Origin: Mobula birostris
Taxonomy: Eukaryota
NCBI RefSeq assembly: GCF_030028105.1
Contig: NC_092383.1
Location: forward strand, 86,137,921-86,201,920
DNA length: 64,000 nucleotides
Direction: 5' to 3'
Below the pieces are notes generated by a model, which worked only from the letters and a program-made list of their open reading frames with translations, was not told the origin of the DNA and did no database searches. Of this stretch, positions 49,785 through 63,109 are shown one piece after another (positions within the stretch are counted from its first letter, which is position 1; the number at the start of each line of letters is the position of its first letter). Position numbers and translations under genes: made by a program.

Positions 49785-52330
49785 TGTCATAAGGAGGTGG
49801 CTGGGAATGGACCCAAGTGCAAGACACAGACACTGAAGTACTAGGGACAGGACTAGGATAAGAGAGCTAGGATCCCGGTCTTGGACTCCGAGCCAGAGAC
49901 TGGACAAGGACCCAGTACCTGGGTCTTGCCTCTGGTTCGGACCCCAGGACTAGGCAAGGACGAGGCTTGGCAGGCAGGACGAGGCTGGAAACTTCAGGCG
50001 AGAGGCGAGAGGCGAGAGACTTGGCTTGGCAAGAGGCTAGAGACTTGGCTTGGTAGGAGGCTAGAGGCTAGAGGCTAGAGACTTGGCTTGGCAAGAGGCT
50101 AGAGGCTTGCGACTTGGCTTGGCTAGAGGCTAGAAGCTAGAGACTCAGCTTGGCTTGGCTAGAGGCTAGAGACTCGGCTTGGCTAGAGGCTAGAGGCTAG
50201 AGACTTGGCTTGATTAGAGGCTAGAGGCTAGAGACTTGGCTTGGCTAGAGGCTAGAGACTTGGCTTGGCCAGAGACTAGAGACTTGGCTTGACTCGAGAC
50301 TCGCGACTAGAGACTAGAGACTAGAGACCAGAGGCTTGGCTTGGCTTGGCAAGGGGTTAGGCAGGAGGCTGGAGTCTTCAGGCTTGAGCTAGAGGCTAGA
50401 GGCTAGAGACTTGGCTTGGCAAGAGGCTAGAGGCTAGAGGCTAGGCTTGGCAAGAGGCTAGAGGCTAGAGACGGCTTGGCTAGAGGCTAGAGACTTGGCT
50501 TGGCTAGAGGTTAGAGGCTAGAGGCTAGGCTTGGCTAGAGGCTAGAGGATTGGCAAGAGGCTAGAGGCTAGAGACTTGGCTTGGCTTGGGAAGAGGCTAG
50601 AGGCTAGAGACGTGGCTTCGCTAGGGGCTAGAGGCTTGGCTTGGCAAGGGGCTAGACACTTGGCTTGGCAAGAGGCTAGAGGCTAGAGGCTTGGCTTGGC
50701 AAGGGGCTAGGCAGGAGGCTGGAGTCTTCAGGCTAGCGGCTGGGCAGGAGGCTGGAGTCTTCAGGCTAGCGGCTGGGCAGGAGGCTGGAGTCTTCAGGCT
50801 AGCGGCTGGGCAGGAGGCTGGAGTCTTCAGGCTAGCGGCTGGGCAGGAGGCTGGAGTCTTCAGGCTAGCGGCTGGGCAGGAGGCTGGAGTCTTCAGGCTA
50901 GCGGCTGGGCAGGAGGCTGGAGTCTTCAGGCTAGCGGCTGGGCAGGAGGCTGGAGTCTTCAGGCTAGCGGCTGGGCAGGAGGCTGGAGTCTTCAGGCGAG
51001 GCGAGGCCGGAGGCTGGAGTCTTCAGGCTAGCGGCTGGGCAGGAGGCTGGAGTCTTCAGGCGAGGCGAGGCCGGAGGCAGGAGACTTGAGGTAAGGCTGG
51101 AGGCTGGAGGCAGGAGATTTGAGGTGAGGCGAGGCAGGAGGCAGGAGACTTGAGAGGAGAGGCCGGAGGCAGGAGAATTGAGGCAAGGTGAGGCTGGAGG
51201 CAGGATGCAGGAGACTTGAGGCGAGGCGAGGCTGGAGGCTGGAGGCAGGAGGCAGGAGACTTGAGGTGAGGCTGGAGGCTGGAGGCAGGAGACTTGAGGC
51301 GAGGCGAGGCTGGAGGCAGGAGATTTGAGGATAGGTGAGGATGGAGGCAGGAGACTTGAGGTGAGGTGAGGCTGGAGGCAGGAGACGAGGAGAGGCGAGG
51401 CCGGAGGCAAGAGGCAGGAAACTTGAGGTGAATCGAGGCTGGAGGCAATAGACGAGGAGAGGCGAGGCTGGAGGCAGGAGACTTGAGGAGAGGCGAGATT
51501 GGAGGCAGGAGACTTGAGGAGAGGCGAGGCGAGGCTGGAGGCTGGAGGCAGGAGACTTGAGGCGAGGCTGGAGGCTGGAGGCAGGAGACTTCAAGAGAGG
51601 TGAGGCTGGAGGTAGGAGACTTGAGGTGAGGTGAGGCGAGGCTGGAGGCAGGAGACTTGAGGAGAGGCGAGGCGAAGCCGGAGGCTGGAGGCAGGAGACT
51701 TGAGGCGAGGCTGGAGGCTGGAGGCAGGAGACTTGAGGTGAGGCGAGGCTGGAGGCAGGAGACTTGTGAGGAGGCGAGGTTTGGCAGGGCGCGGTACTCC
51801 TGGGCAGGGTGCGGATAACCACCCGACAGAGGTAAGGGACAGGAAGGGATATAACCAACCCCAGGTAACAGCAAGACAGCCCGGTTTACCTGGGCGGAGG
51901 CAAGGGAAAGGAAGGGACGGAACCAACTCCAGGTAACGGCAAGACAGCCTGGTTTACCTGGGTGGAGGCAAGGGACAGGAAGGGAGCGAGGTCCAGGGTG
52001 GCTCTAGGACAAGACTACCGGCAAGACAAGGCAAGGCTTCTGGCAAACCAAGACGAGACAAGAACTTCAGGCGGGACGAGAGTTACCGGTAAGAAAAGGC
52101 AAGGCTTCAGGCAAGGAAACAGAAGGCAGAGAAAGGGATACAAGGAGTAAGGACAAGAACAATCCAGCAGCCACGCCTGGGTCTCTGAAGGTATTTATGC
52201 AGCCAGCCCCAATGAGCATCAGCTGCCTCAATTAGCTCAACAGGAACAGAAACAGGGTAGATAGGAAAATCTGGAGCAAGGGTCGATGAACTGGACCGTG
52301 AAACGGAATACGGACTTCACAAACATGACA
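49785..52330 (-). mobile_element. Solo-LTR-like element expanded by minisatellites
   Basis: TGTCAT...CATGACA termini; 5-bp TSD TATTC (49780-49784, 52331-52335); same family ends as 17612-18799. Confidence 0.88.
49990..51775 (+). repeat. Three consecutive G-rich tandem arrays inside LTR
   Basis: AGAGGCT/GACTTGGCTTGG mosaic (~49990-50700); 33-bp GGCTGGAGTCTTCAGGCTAGCGGCTGGGCAGGA array (~50715-51060); GAGGCAGGAGACTTGAGG-based array (~51070-51775). Confidence 0.93.
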
Positions 52331-52645
52331 TATTCTCCTGGAATTGTCCCCATTCTGGACCCTGCAGCCTGTGAAACATCCTTTTCAACATGAACTCCAT
52401 CCATCCCTCAGGGAATATTTCATGCATTAAAGAGATCCCCTTCGAGCTTTTAAGACCATCAAGCAGGACTTTCAAAAGAAGTTTGTGAATCTATTAGATC
52501 CAAGGAAATGTATCATGTTCAGCAAAAGCTGCAAAGCTGAATATTAGTAAACAACAGGAATTCTGCAGATGCTGGAAATTCAAGCAACACACATCAAAGT
52601 TGCTGGTGAACGCAACAGGACAGGCAGCATCTGTAGGAAGAGGTG

Positions 52646-52683
52646 CAGTCGACGTTTCAGGCCGAGACCCTTCGTCAGGACTA
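52646..52683 (-). ncRNA. Minimal type I hammerhead ribozyme motif, intact (left arm)
   Basis: Minus strand TAGTC-CTGACGA-AGGGTCTCGGCCT-GAAAC-GTC-GACTG. Confidence 0.7.
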
Positions 52684-53464
52684 ACTGAAGGAAGAGTGAG
52701 TAAGGGATTTGAAAGTTGGAGGGGGAGGGGGAGATCCAAAATGATAGGAGAAGACAGGAGGGGGAGGGATGGAGCCAAGAGCTGGACAGGTGATAGGCAA
52801 AAGGGGATACGAGAGGATCATGGGACAGGAGGTCCGGGAAGAAAGACAGGGGGGGGGGCCCAGAGGATGGGCAAGAGCTATATTCAGAGGGACAGAGGGA
52901 GAAAAAGGAGAGTGAGAGAAAGAATGTGTGCATAAAAATAAGTAACAGATGGGGTACGAGGGGGAGGTGGGGCCTTAGCGGAAGTTAGAGAAGTCGATGT
53001 TCATGCCATCAGGTTGGAGGCTACCCAGACGGAATATAAGGTGTTGTTCCTCCAACCTGAGTGTGGCTTCATCTTTACAGTAGGGGAGGTTGGAGGAACA
53101 ACACCTTATATTCCGTCTGGGTAGCCTCCAACCTGATGGCATGAACATCGACTTCTCTAACTTCCGCTAAGGCCCCACCTCCCCCTCGTACCTCATCTGT
53201 TACTTATTTTTATGCACACATTCTTTCTCTCACTCTCCTTTTTCTCCCTCTGTCCCTCTGAATATACCTCTTGCCCATCCTCTGGGTCCCCTTCCCCCTT
53301 GTCTTTCTTCCCGGACCTCCTGTCCCATGATCCTCTCGTATCCCCTTTTGCCTATCACCTGTCCAGCTCTTGGCTCCATCCCTCCCCCTCCTGTCTTCTC
53401 CTATCATTTTGGATCTCCCCCTCCCCCTCCAACTTTCAAATCCCTTACTCACTCTTCCTTCAGT

Positions 53465-53502
53465 TAGTCCTGACGAAGGGTCTCGGCCTGAAACGTCGAC
53501 TG
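53465..53502 (+). ncRNA. Minimal type I hammerhead ribozyme motif, intact (right arm)
   Basis: TAGTC-CTGACGA-AGGGTCTCGGCCT-GAAAC-GTC-GACTG. Confidence 0.7.
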
Positions 53503-56487
53503 CACCTCTTCCTAGAGATGCTGCCTGGCCTGCTGCGTTCACCAGCAATTTTAAGCTGAATATTAGAAATAGTTTAGAATTCAAAACAAAACAAAGAAAT
53601 TGATTAAATCATTGAAAATTCAGAACGTGAGCAGGTTTGTAGGGAACATATATACTTATGTGAAACCTTCAATAGGTACATGGAGAGATGAGGAATTAAA
53701 ACAAATATATATAGGATAGCTAACAGACAGAAATGGGGGAATTTATAGTGGGCACAAAGAAATCCAAGACCAATTCAATACATTGGTTTTGCCATTTGTC
53801 CTTCCTCATCACGTTTCTTAATACCAGTGTCAGGCTAATTGCTCAATCATTTCCTCTTTTCTCTCTATCTCCTTTTTTAAAATAGAGTGGTTAGCTTCCC
53901 CCCAGTCCATTGAAATTAGAAATGGCCAGTAATTTTTTTCTTGTCCCAACTTTCTAAGTTCTCCTGGACGTAGAATATTAGAACCTGGAGATTTCTGGGA
54001 GAGTAACTGTTTCCCATATCTTTTGATCTCTCTACCTCTGAGAAAAATAACTCAATCTTTCTTAAATACAGATTCACCACTTTCTGGGAGAATAGACCTT
54101 TCCTAATCTCAGTCTTAAATGACTCACCCATTGTATTATTCTCAGAGTCCGGAAACTGTCCTGTATTCCCTGACATTGGAAGCATCCAACCTGAATCTGC
54201 ATCTAAAATATTGCAGATTTTTATGCGATCACCTCTCAGCCTTCTAAACTGCAGCAAATGAAAACCTCTTCAACTAAATCTCTGATCTTTTGTCACTTGT
54301 GACATTCCAGAAATCAGTCTGCTGGTCCTTTGCTCACCTCCGTCCAAAACAAGAACATCTTTCATTGGACCAAAATTGCACAGAATACTGGTGGCCTGAT
54401 ACCAATTTTAGTGCTGGGCCAGATTGGAAATATCTGGTACGGACCTAATTGAGGCATTAGGTCCTGGGCATGAGAGCATATCGAAGCATCAGGGCCACGT
54501 GTCAGAGAGCAAGGAACGATCGGCTCACCTATAACAGGAACATATTTCATTGGACCAAATCTGCACACAATTCTAGTAGCCGAGAGGGAGGAACAAGTTG
54601 GTGTCTCACTGATTTAACCTTTGGGCCAGGTCGAATCGAGTCAGCAGGTTCCGAGCACATAAGCGCATCGAATGGCAGGGCCTGAGTGTGAGTGAGAGGA
54701 ACGACGCTCTGGTTGGCCGACTTAAGCACAGGGCCAGATTTAAAAGTTCAGGCTGTCAGGGCTGGACAAGAGGGACGGGCTGATGTGAGGCTAACTACTC
54801 CGCAAAGTTTACTCATCCCTGCGCTGAGCTGAAGCTGTGGCCTGCAACAGACAGGCTCCGAGATTGCCAGTGAATGGCTTCATAGCTGGGGACTCACTTG
54901 TATGAACTTCAGTTCTGAATGTTATTTGCTTACAATTATTGTTTGATTGATTTGTTTATTTTTGGCACATTGGGTGTTTGATGGTCTTTTTTTGATAGGT
55001 TCTATTGGGTTTCTTTGTGTTTGGCTGCCAGTAAAGAGACAAGTTTCAAGGTTGTGTATGGTATACATACTTCGATAAAAAATGTTACTTGGAACTTTGT
55101 TCCCAACTGATAAAGGCCTTGTTTCATTGTAGTGTTTCATGCTTTTTCCTTTACTTGAATCTTCTCTCTGAAAGTCCAAATATAATTTGCATTCTTTATG
55201 CCCTGCTGCATCTGCATGTTTACCTTCAGTGAAAGATGTACAAGGACATCCAAAACTCATTACATTTCTCGCTTTTCTATTTTATTGCCATCCAGGTAAT
55301 TATCTACATTCCTGTTATTGCCACAGTCTAAGCAATACTAATTTTTTTGTCCATGTATTTTCAATTCGCTGAACAGGGGAAATAAGACAATCCAAGCCCC
55401 AGTGGTTGAGTGGTTGAGTTGTTCCAGTATAACCCTACCCTCTTCAATAATGTTTTTATCCTTGAAACTGCTCAGCATAGAATTCACTTGAGCTCCATCT
55501 TTCTACACTTTTGCTTGGAGACTCAATGAACTAGGATGCATAGTTTTTTGAGGTCATATCTCACAATTCCACCTGCGGGGAAAAGGTATGTTGGCTTTCA
55601 GGACACAGACATTCACAATCCATGTGATTTCTGTACTTTTCATCAAGATACAACTGCTTTGATTTGATGACTCAGCCCATTTGCTATAAAATGCAGCACA
55701 GATAATTGTATATAAATTCAGGCAGAACAAATATGGATAAAAGTCCACATGGAACGCTGCCACGAGAAATCAGCATCCATCATCATGGACTGCTACCATC
55801 CAGGCCATGCTTTCTTCACGCTGCTGTCATTGGGAAGGAGGTGTCACAGCACCAGGGTCAGAAACAGTTATTACCCTTCAACCATCAGGATACTGAACCA
55901 ACATGGATAACTTCATTCATTTCAACACTGAACTGGTTCTGCAACCAATGGACTCACTTTCAAGGACTCTACAACTTACATTTTCAGTATTTTTTATTAA
56001 TTTACTTATTGATAATTTGTTTCTTTTATATTTGCACAGGTTGTCTTCTTTTGGTTGTTTGTCCATCTTTGATTATGTGTAATTTTTCATTGATTCTATT
56101 GTATTTATTTGTATCTACTGTGAATGCCTGCGAGAAAATGGATCTCAGGGTAGAATATGAAGACATATATGTACATTGATGATAAATTTACTTTGAACAT
56201 TGAAGTGGTTTATCTTAGAAGGATTATGTTAATTAATGGCTAGAAATATTACCAGATGAGACACATTCACACCCAGCCAGTGACAGCAGATCATAGGCAG
56301 GAGACAGTGTGGTGAGCGACTCACGTTTAAACTGCTGTGCTGAAAGGTTTTTCATTCTCTGAAAGGTGGTGACAACATACACTCCATGATCCTGAGTGAA
56401 GTTCCAACAACACAATATCCAGCACACATCAGTCATTCAGTTGTACTCCATCAACCATCACAAAGAATCAAACCCTGCACCACTTAC

Positions 56488-56808
56488 CCGTGCTGTTGAC
56501 TTCAATCACATTTCTGCAGGTGCTGACACTGTTGGAGATGGACACATTGACCATTTCACTGGACTTTGTTCCATTAACATTTGAGGCTTTGCAATAATAG
56601 AGATCTTTTTTGTATTTTAATGGTTGGCAATGTAGATCCAGTGTATTGTTATCGGAGATCTTTGAATCCGCAGATGGGGTCCTTTCGTACCATGAGTACT
56701 GAATGGGAAGGGATCCATGGACAGACTCACAGGACACTGACACGGAGTTCCCACAACTTGAGCCACTTGTTGGTGGAGAAAATTGAAGCAAAGGAACAGA
56801 CACAGGTT
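56488..56808 (-). CDS. Gene A exon: membrane-proximal C2/I-type Ig domain
   Basis: 321 nt open, TTCCACAG|AA acceptor, G|GTAAGT donor, phase 1/1; SVSVSCESVHGSLPIQYSWY...LYYCKASNVNG. Confidence 0.9.
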
Positions 56809-59219
56809 CTGTGGAAAACAATCAGTAAACATCTGAAAATCAAACACAGTAAAGATTTCAGCAGTTCTGTATCTCAACCAGAACCCACAAGTTTGGAATC
56901 TCAGCAGCTCATCTGCTCCATTGTGTCTCTGCATCTTCCCATCTGTCTGAACTTCCATGTCTGTCAGTATCGCCGGAGACAGAAGGATTCCTGATCAGAA
57001 CAACAGTGGTGACACTGAGAATGTGTCAGTGTGATAATCTGGGATTCAGTCTCTCTCAGCCCCAAGGAGACAGTCGTAAGTGAGAGCAAACATTGTGACT
57101 TTGCAATGGCAATACTTGTGTGTGTCCTAGAAAACTCACCATAATTTGAAAGCAGGAAATTGTCAGATACGTACAAGATGAATGGTGACTTTAAGGAGAA
57201 AGTATAATTGTGATTTGATTTCAGTGACCTACAGCAGCAAGGGAACCCATTAGTAATGATAGCTGTATGAAGACAACAAGGAATGATGTGAGATCATAGA
57301 CCATAATACCATGAAACATAGGAGCAGAATTAGGCCATTCTGTCCATTGACTCTGCTCCACGATTCCATCATGGCGGATTTATTATCGTTCTAAATCTAT
57401 TCTCCGGCCTTCTTCCTGTATCCTTTGATGCTCTTACTAATCAAGAGCCTATGAAATTCCATTTTAAATATACCCAATGACTTAACCTCCACAGCTGCCT
57501 GTCACAATGAATTCCACAGATTTTTTTTTAGATTATGCGAACACTCTGTCCTCCTTTATTGTCATTTAGAAATGCATACATGCATTAAGAAATGACACAA
57601 TGTTTCTCCGGAGTGATATCACAGAAAACAGGACAAACCAAAGACTAACACTGACAGAACCACATAATTATAACATATAGTTACAGCAGTGCAAAGCAAT
57701 ACCATAATTTGATGAAGAACAAACCATGGGCACGGTAAATAAAATCTCAAAAGTCCCCGAGTCAATTGACTCCCGGGTCCCCAATAGCAGACGGCAAAAG
57801 AGAGAAACTCCCTGCCATAAACCTCCAGGCACCGTCAACTTGCCGATGCCTTGGAAGCAGCCGACACTGAGTCCATCCATCCAAAAACTTCGAGCTTCCG
57901 ACCAGCCTCGGGCCTTCTGCTCCAGAGATTCTGGTTACCATACAGTAACAGCGGCAGCGAAGCGGGCAATTCAGAAGTTTTCCAGATGTTCCTCTGTACT
58001 CTCATGTCCGTCTCAATCAAATCAGAATTGTGCACGGTCCCCTACTTAACAGATAACAGACATCACCATCGAAGTGGTTGCGCGTGCTGCTGTCGCGCCG
58101 CCATCTTATCCTTCTCATTAGTAAAGGCTTCATCTCCCTCTGGCTGAAGAAGTTCCTCCTCATGTCTCTTTTAAAGGGACATCCTTCCATTCTGAGTCTG
58201 TGCTTTCTGGTCCTAGATGCCCACACTGTAGGGAACCTCTCTTCACATCCACTGGGGTTTGCAATGCTCGATAGCTTTCAATAAAATCCACCCTCATTCT
58301 TCTAAACTCCAGCACGCACAGGCCCAAAGCCTTCAAATGATGCTCATACATTCAGGGAGTTTAACATCACCTGGAATTTAACAGATGGATCCCTTTAGAA
58401 TTGATATACGGAGAGTTCTTGGGAAACAAGTCCATTGCTCCCTGAAAGTGGCAACACAAGTGGACATAATGGTAATGAAAGCATTCAGCACCTTTGCCTT
58501 CTTTACTCTACATGTTGGAGGGTGAAGCTGACTGGGCATCTTGTAGCTTCATAAAACACTGATTAGGTTACATTAGGAACATAATATGTTTTTCTGGTTG
58601 CAACACTATAGGAAGGATGTTGTCATTTTTCAGCCTATTTTTCAATCTATTGTAGATCTCTCTGCAAGCCATGATTGCCCCCCTGACTGTGCAATACACA
58701 CACAATCTTGGTGTCATCTGCAAATTTGCTGATTCATTTTACCACATTATCATCCGGATCACTGATACAGATGCAAACAACAACAGACCCAGCACCAATC
58801 CCTGCGCTAAGCATCATTGTTGCTAAATATATTTTAATTATGTTTGCCAGCGCCCCAGTAATTTCTGTACTTACCTCCCGTGAGGTCCGAGATAACACGT
58901 TAGCAGGCCTTGGGGATATATTCACACTGACTTGCCTCAGGAAAGCAAACACCTCCTCCTTTAACAGGGTGACGTCTCATGGAGTTCAGAAGCAGGAAAA
59001 TATACTGAGCCTTCCATTGGAAACCAGTATCCCAACAGTGGATCAGAACTCACAGTGGATGAGAGTATTATGAGCGAGGTCTCCCCATCTTTGCACACTC
59101 GCCACAGGGTTCTGCATGCTGTGGAGCCTCCGGATATTCCTGCTGTCCTGACTCTTCCCAGAGAAAACCTGAATCAGACATTTCGGTGGAGACAACAAAT
59201 CAATCAATGAGAAACCTAC

Positions 59220-59534
59220 CATCAGATACTTGGAGATGCACATCAAACACTGGATCATTGCCAGAGGTTGTAATTCCACATCTGTAAGGTCCTGTATCAT
59301 TAGAGACAAGATTCTCCATAGTAACAGTAAATATTCCCTGGGATGTGTTATCTCTGATTGTCATTCTTCCATACTGCTCACTTGTCCCATTTGTATTCAC
59401 TAACGATGTGCATTGGTGATCCCACATGCGGCACAAATACTTTGTGTGTGAACGGTACTTTGGTGCATAGTGACAATCGATTGTGACCGCTCTTCCCACA
59501 ACTCCTCTTACTTCATCTTCTGCCCATAAAGCAC
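59220..59534 (-). CDS. Gene A exon: V-type Ig domain (paralog of 8524-8838)
   Basis: 315 nt open, TTTCAG|GT acceptor, G|GTAGGT donor; ALWAEDEVRGVVGRAVTIDCHY..KYLCRMWDHQC..DTGPYRCG. Confidence 0.92.
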
Positions 59535-61806
59535 CTGAAACTGAGGGAGAAAATCTTCAGAAAATGGACAGGTAAAATCAAATTTACACAAGCAGGCTCA
59601 AGTTTCAAGATTATTTAATGTTATTTCCTGTACGAACGTGTAAACTGGAATTAAATCGTTGTTATGCTGGATCTAAATGCAGCAGAAAAAAACACAAAAG
59701 ATAATGAATACAATTAAAATAGCTAAAGATGTTTTATTTACAACTGACACTGTGTTACAAGGAATCTGCCACAGTGTCAATTGATATAAATAAATTCCTC
59801 ACAGACAGAGAAGACAATAACATCGTCCCTCCTCACGTGCTCCCAGCTCTTCACAAGTAGCAATTTTTATTTGATTGGAGTCATCATTGTCACTGCCCAC
59901 TAATGTCTCAGTGTGTTTCCATATTTCTGAGTCAATAGATTACTGATCCAGTCCCACTCCTGGCAGGTGAGCCCAAGATCAGTGGGGGGTAACTTACTGG
60001 AGGCAGGATCGACCTGAATTTGCAAAGGCAAGATCTGATTTGGGATAGTCAACATGATCTTGTGCATTGGAAATCCTCCCCCAAAACTATTTGACTGAGT
60101 TTTTTTTGAGAGACGATGAAAGGACAGGACCTTAGAGATTAGCAATTTTTGTTTAGCAAGGTTTATGACCATACCTTGCATAGCAGACTGATCTGTAATG
60201 TGAGATCACATGGTAAGCTACCTGGATGGATATTGAATAGGCTTGGTGGAAGGATACAGACTGTGGTAGTGGAGTGTTGGTTTTCTGACAACATCAGACT
60301 TTATCACCAGCAATGTGCCATCAGGATCGTTGCTGTTATTTGTTAACCACTCTTATTGTCATCAATATTAATAATCTGGAATGAAACTGTAGGTGGCATG
60401 ATTAATAAGTTATGGGTGAGACAGCAGTGTGGTGGACAGTGGCAAGAGTTGTGTAAGTTTACACGAGGATCTTGAAAATGAGCCGGTGTTCAGCCCCATT
60501 ATTCTGTGCCAGCAAGCTGCCCCCTCCCCACCTGAGCCTGTATTGTCTGTTTGCATTTGACCTGTCTCCCTCTCTTCTTGGTCCAACTATCAGGTGGAAG
60601 GTGCAGGAGCCTTGGAGCCCACACCACAGGGTTCGTCAACAGTTGTTGTCCTGCAGCTATCAGGCTCCTGGATTGGTTTCACTCGCCTCAGCACTGAACT
60701 GACTCCGCAGCTGTGGACTCACTTTCAGAGACTCTGCCTCTCATGTTCTATGTATTATTTGTTTACATAGTTTTATTATTTGCACGATTCATCATCGCTT
60801 GCACATTGGTTTTTTGTCAGTCTTTGTTGTGTGTGGTTTTACATGGATTCTATTGTGTTACTTTGTTTTGTGGGCAAAGGTATGGTGGATAATCACAGTC
60901 TTTATCCCAGGGTGGGGGAGTTGAAAACTAGAGACCCTCGGCTTAAGGAGTGAGGGAAAATTCTTAGAGAGCCCGGAGCAGCCGTGTTTTACACACACAG
61001 CCGTGTGTGCATGGAAAAGGCTGTCAGAGGAAGTACTAGAGATGGTTACAAATACACTATTTAAAATACATTTGGACAAGTTCATATATAGGCAAGTTTT
61101 AGAAGGATACGAGACAAATGCAGTGAAATGGGAGAAGCTCAGGAAGACACTGTGGTCAGCACGGATGATTTGGGGTGAAACTCCTGCGTCCATAACCTAT
61201 AACTCCCTGACTCTGCAGCATCCTCTCTAAACTGGAACATGCTTTTAAAAGGATAAATTCAGAATTCTATTTCATTGCATAGATGTGACAGCTCATGGGA
61301 TCACAGCCTATCAGATTGCACTTCAATCTCAACAATCAAAGTTCAAAGTATACTTATTATCAAAGAATCTATACTATATACAACCTTGAGATTCACCTCC
61401 TTCCAGGCAATCACAAAAAAATAGAACATCCCAATATACAGAAAAAAGAGCAAATCAAAGTAAGCAAATAACATTTGGAACTGAAATTCACAAAACTGAG
61501 GCCACAGCCAAGAAGCCAGTCATCACTGTAGTCAATTCATGAGGCCATTAATTGCCAACCACAGCCTCAGTTCAGCGTAAAGACACGTAAACCTTCTGTG
61601 CAGCAAGCTGAACACCAGCCATCCCTCACCTTGGACTGACATTCCTTTAGTGATTAAAAGGGAATTGAAGGTTTATTATCCTTGTTGTAATCATGAAATG
61701 CAGCAGCCTTGTTCATAGAAGGAATGGATTTCCTTCTCATGTCTCAAAGCGAGTGAGGTTTTTTATTTAACAAACAAAAACCCAATTTCAGCGGTTAGTA
61801 ATTTAC

Positions 61807-61830
61807 CTGGGATGCTCAGATATTCAAAAG
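61807..61830 (-). CDS. Gene A 24-nt micro-exon (A-FEYLSIP-G)
   Basis: GTCTCTAG|CT acceptor, CAG|GTAAAT donor, phase 1/1; conserved with 11106-11129. Confidence 0.65.
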
Positions 61831-63109
61831 CTAGAGACAACCAAAGACAATGAGACCATTAGACATAGGAGGAGAATTAGGCCATTTGGCCTATACAGTC
61901 TGCTCCACTATTCCATCAAGGCTGACTTATTATCCCACTCAATTCCATCCTTGGCATTTCTCCCCATAATCTTTTGATGCCTTTCCTAAACAAGAAACTA
62001 TTAAGTACGCTTTAAATATACTCAAATGTCTTGGCCTCAAAAGCCATGTATGGTATTGAATTCCACAGATTCAACACCCTCTGGCTACAGAAATTCCTCC
62101 TCATCTCTGTTCTAATGTACGGAGTCTGCACATCCTCCATGTGGAATGTATGGGGTCTCCCCGAGTGGTCCTGTTTCCTCCCACAGTCCAAAGACATACT
62201 CATTAGGATAACTGCTCTTTGCAGATTGCCCTGTGATTATGTTACAGTTAATTGGGTTTGTCGAGAGTTCGATCGGTGTTGTGACCCAAAGGGCTGGAAG
62301 GGCCTATTCTGTACTCTATCGGTAAATAAATAAAATAAAGGGATGCCCTTGCATTCTGAGGCTGATTTTTCAGGATGATTTCCCCATAAGGAAACCACTT
62401 TTGATCATATACCTCCAAATACCCCAAAATCCTGTTCTTAATAATAGACTCCCACATCTTCACAACCACTAAAGTCAGGCTAACTGGTTGACAATTTCCT
62501 TCCTTTCGCCTCCCTCCTTTCTTAAAGAGTGTGGTGATACTTCCAATTTTCCAATCCTTTGAACATTTCAGTCTAATTATTCTTGAAAGATCACCACTAA
62601 TGCCTTCATGATTTCTTTAAATAACTCTTTCAGAAACTTGGGATGTAGTACATCTGGTCCAAATGACTCATCTACTTTCAGATCCCTCAGCTTCTCAAGC
62701 ACGTTTTGCTTAGTAATAGCAACAACACTCATCTCTGCCCCTGCCATTGCCAAATTTCTGTCATTCCCACTAATATTTGCAATATTATAAGTCCTTCCTT
62801 TTGCTTTTATGAGAATCAGAAGTCGATACCAGTCTGGACTTTTCAATGTGAAGCCAGAAGTATTAATGGAATGCTCTCAATTTGTCGAGATGCGCAAGTC
62901 CAACTATGTTTGAGATGCTCCATATCTTCCAGGAGCAAGTGACAGACTTAACTGTTCACTGCACTTTAGTTCTACCCCATGGATGCTGCAATGTGCAGCT
63001 TCTACAAATGCAAAGAAATTCCTTACCCTCACTAGAGGTATAAGAGCAGCAGTAACAGAGTAACAAAAAGAAATATTTAAATGTATCCTCCCTTGAAATT
63101 AGAACTTAC

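Larger units (their letters stand above)
52548..53552. mobile_element. Head-to-head inverted Penelope-like insertion with 14-bp flanking direct repeat
   Basis: Arms ~52600-53057 and ~53088-53549 are reverse complements; AAGCTGAATATTAG at 52534-52547 and 53553-53566. Confidence 0.9.

Noticed and set aside
50691-51926. Long repetitive ORFs and a regular 33-bp array that could resemble CRISPR
   Set aside because: Head-to-tail units without unique spacers, in vertebrate DNA with no cas genes; contained in a TSD-bounded LTR
52580-53584. Paired ~115-124 aa ORFs (MHTFFLSLSF.., MLVNA..)
   Set aside because: Chance frames in the non-coding Penelope 3' region, doubled by the inverted repeat
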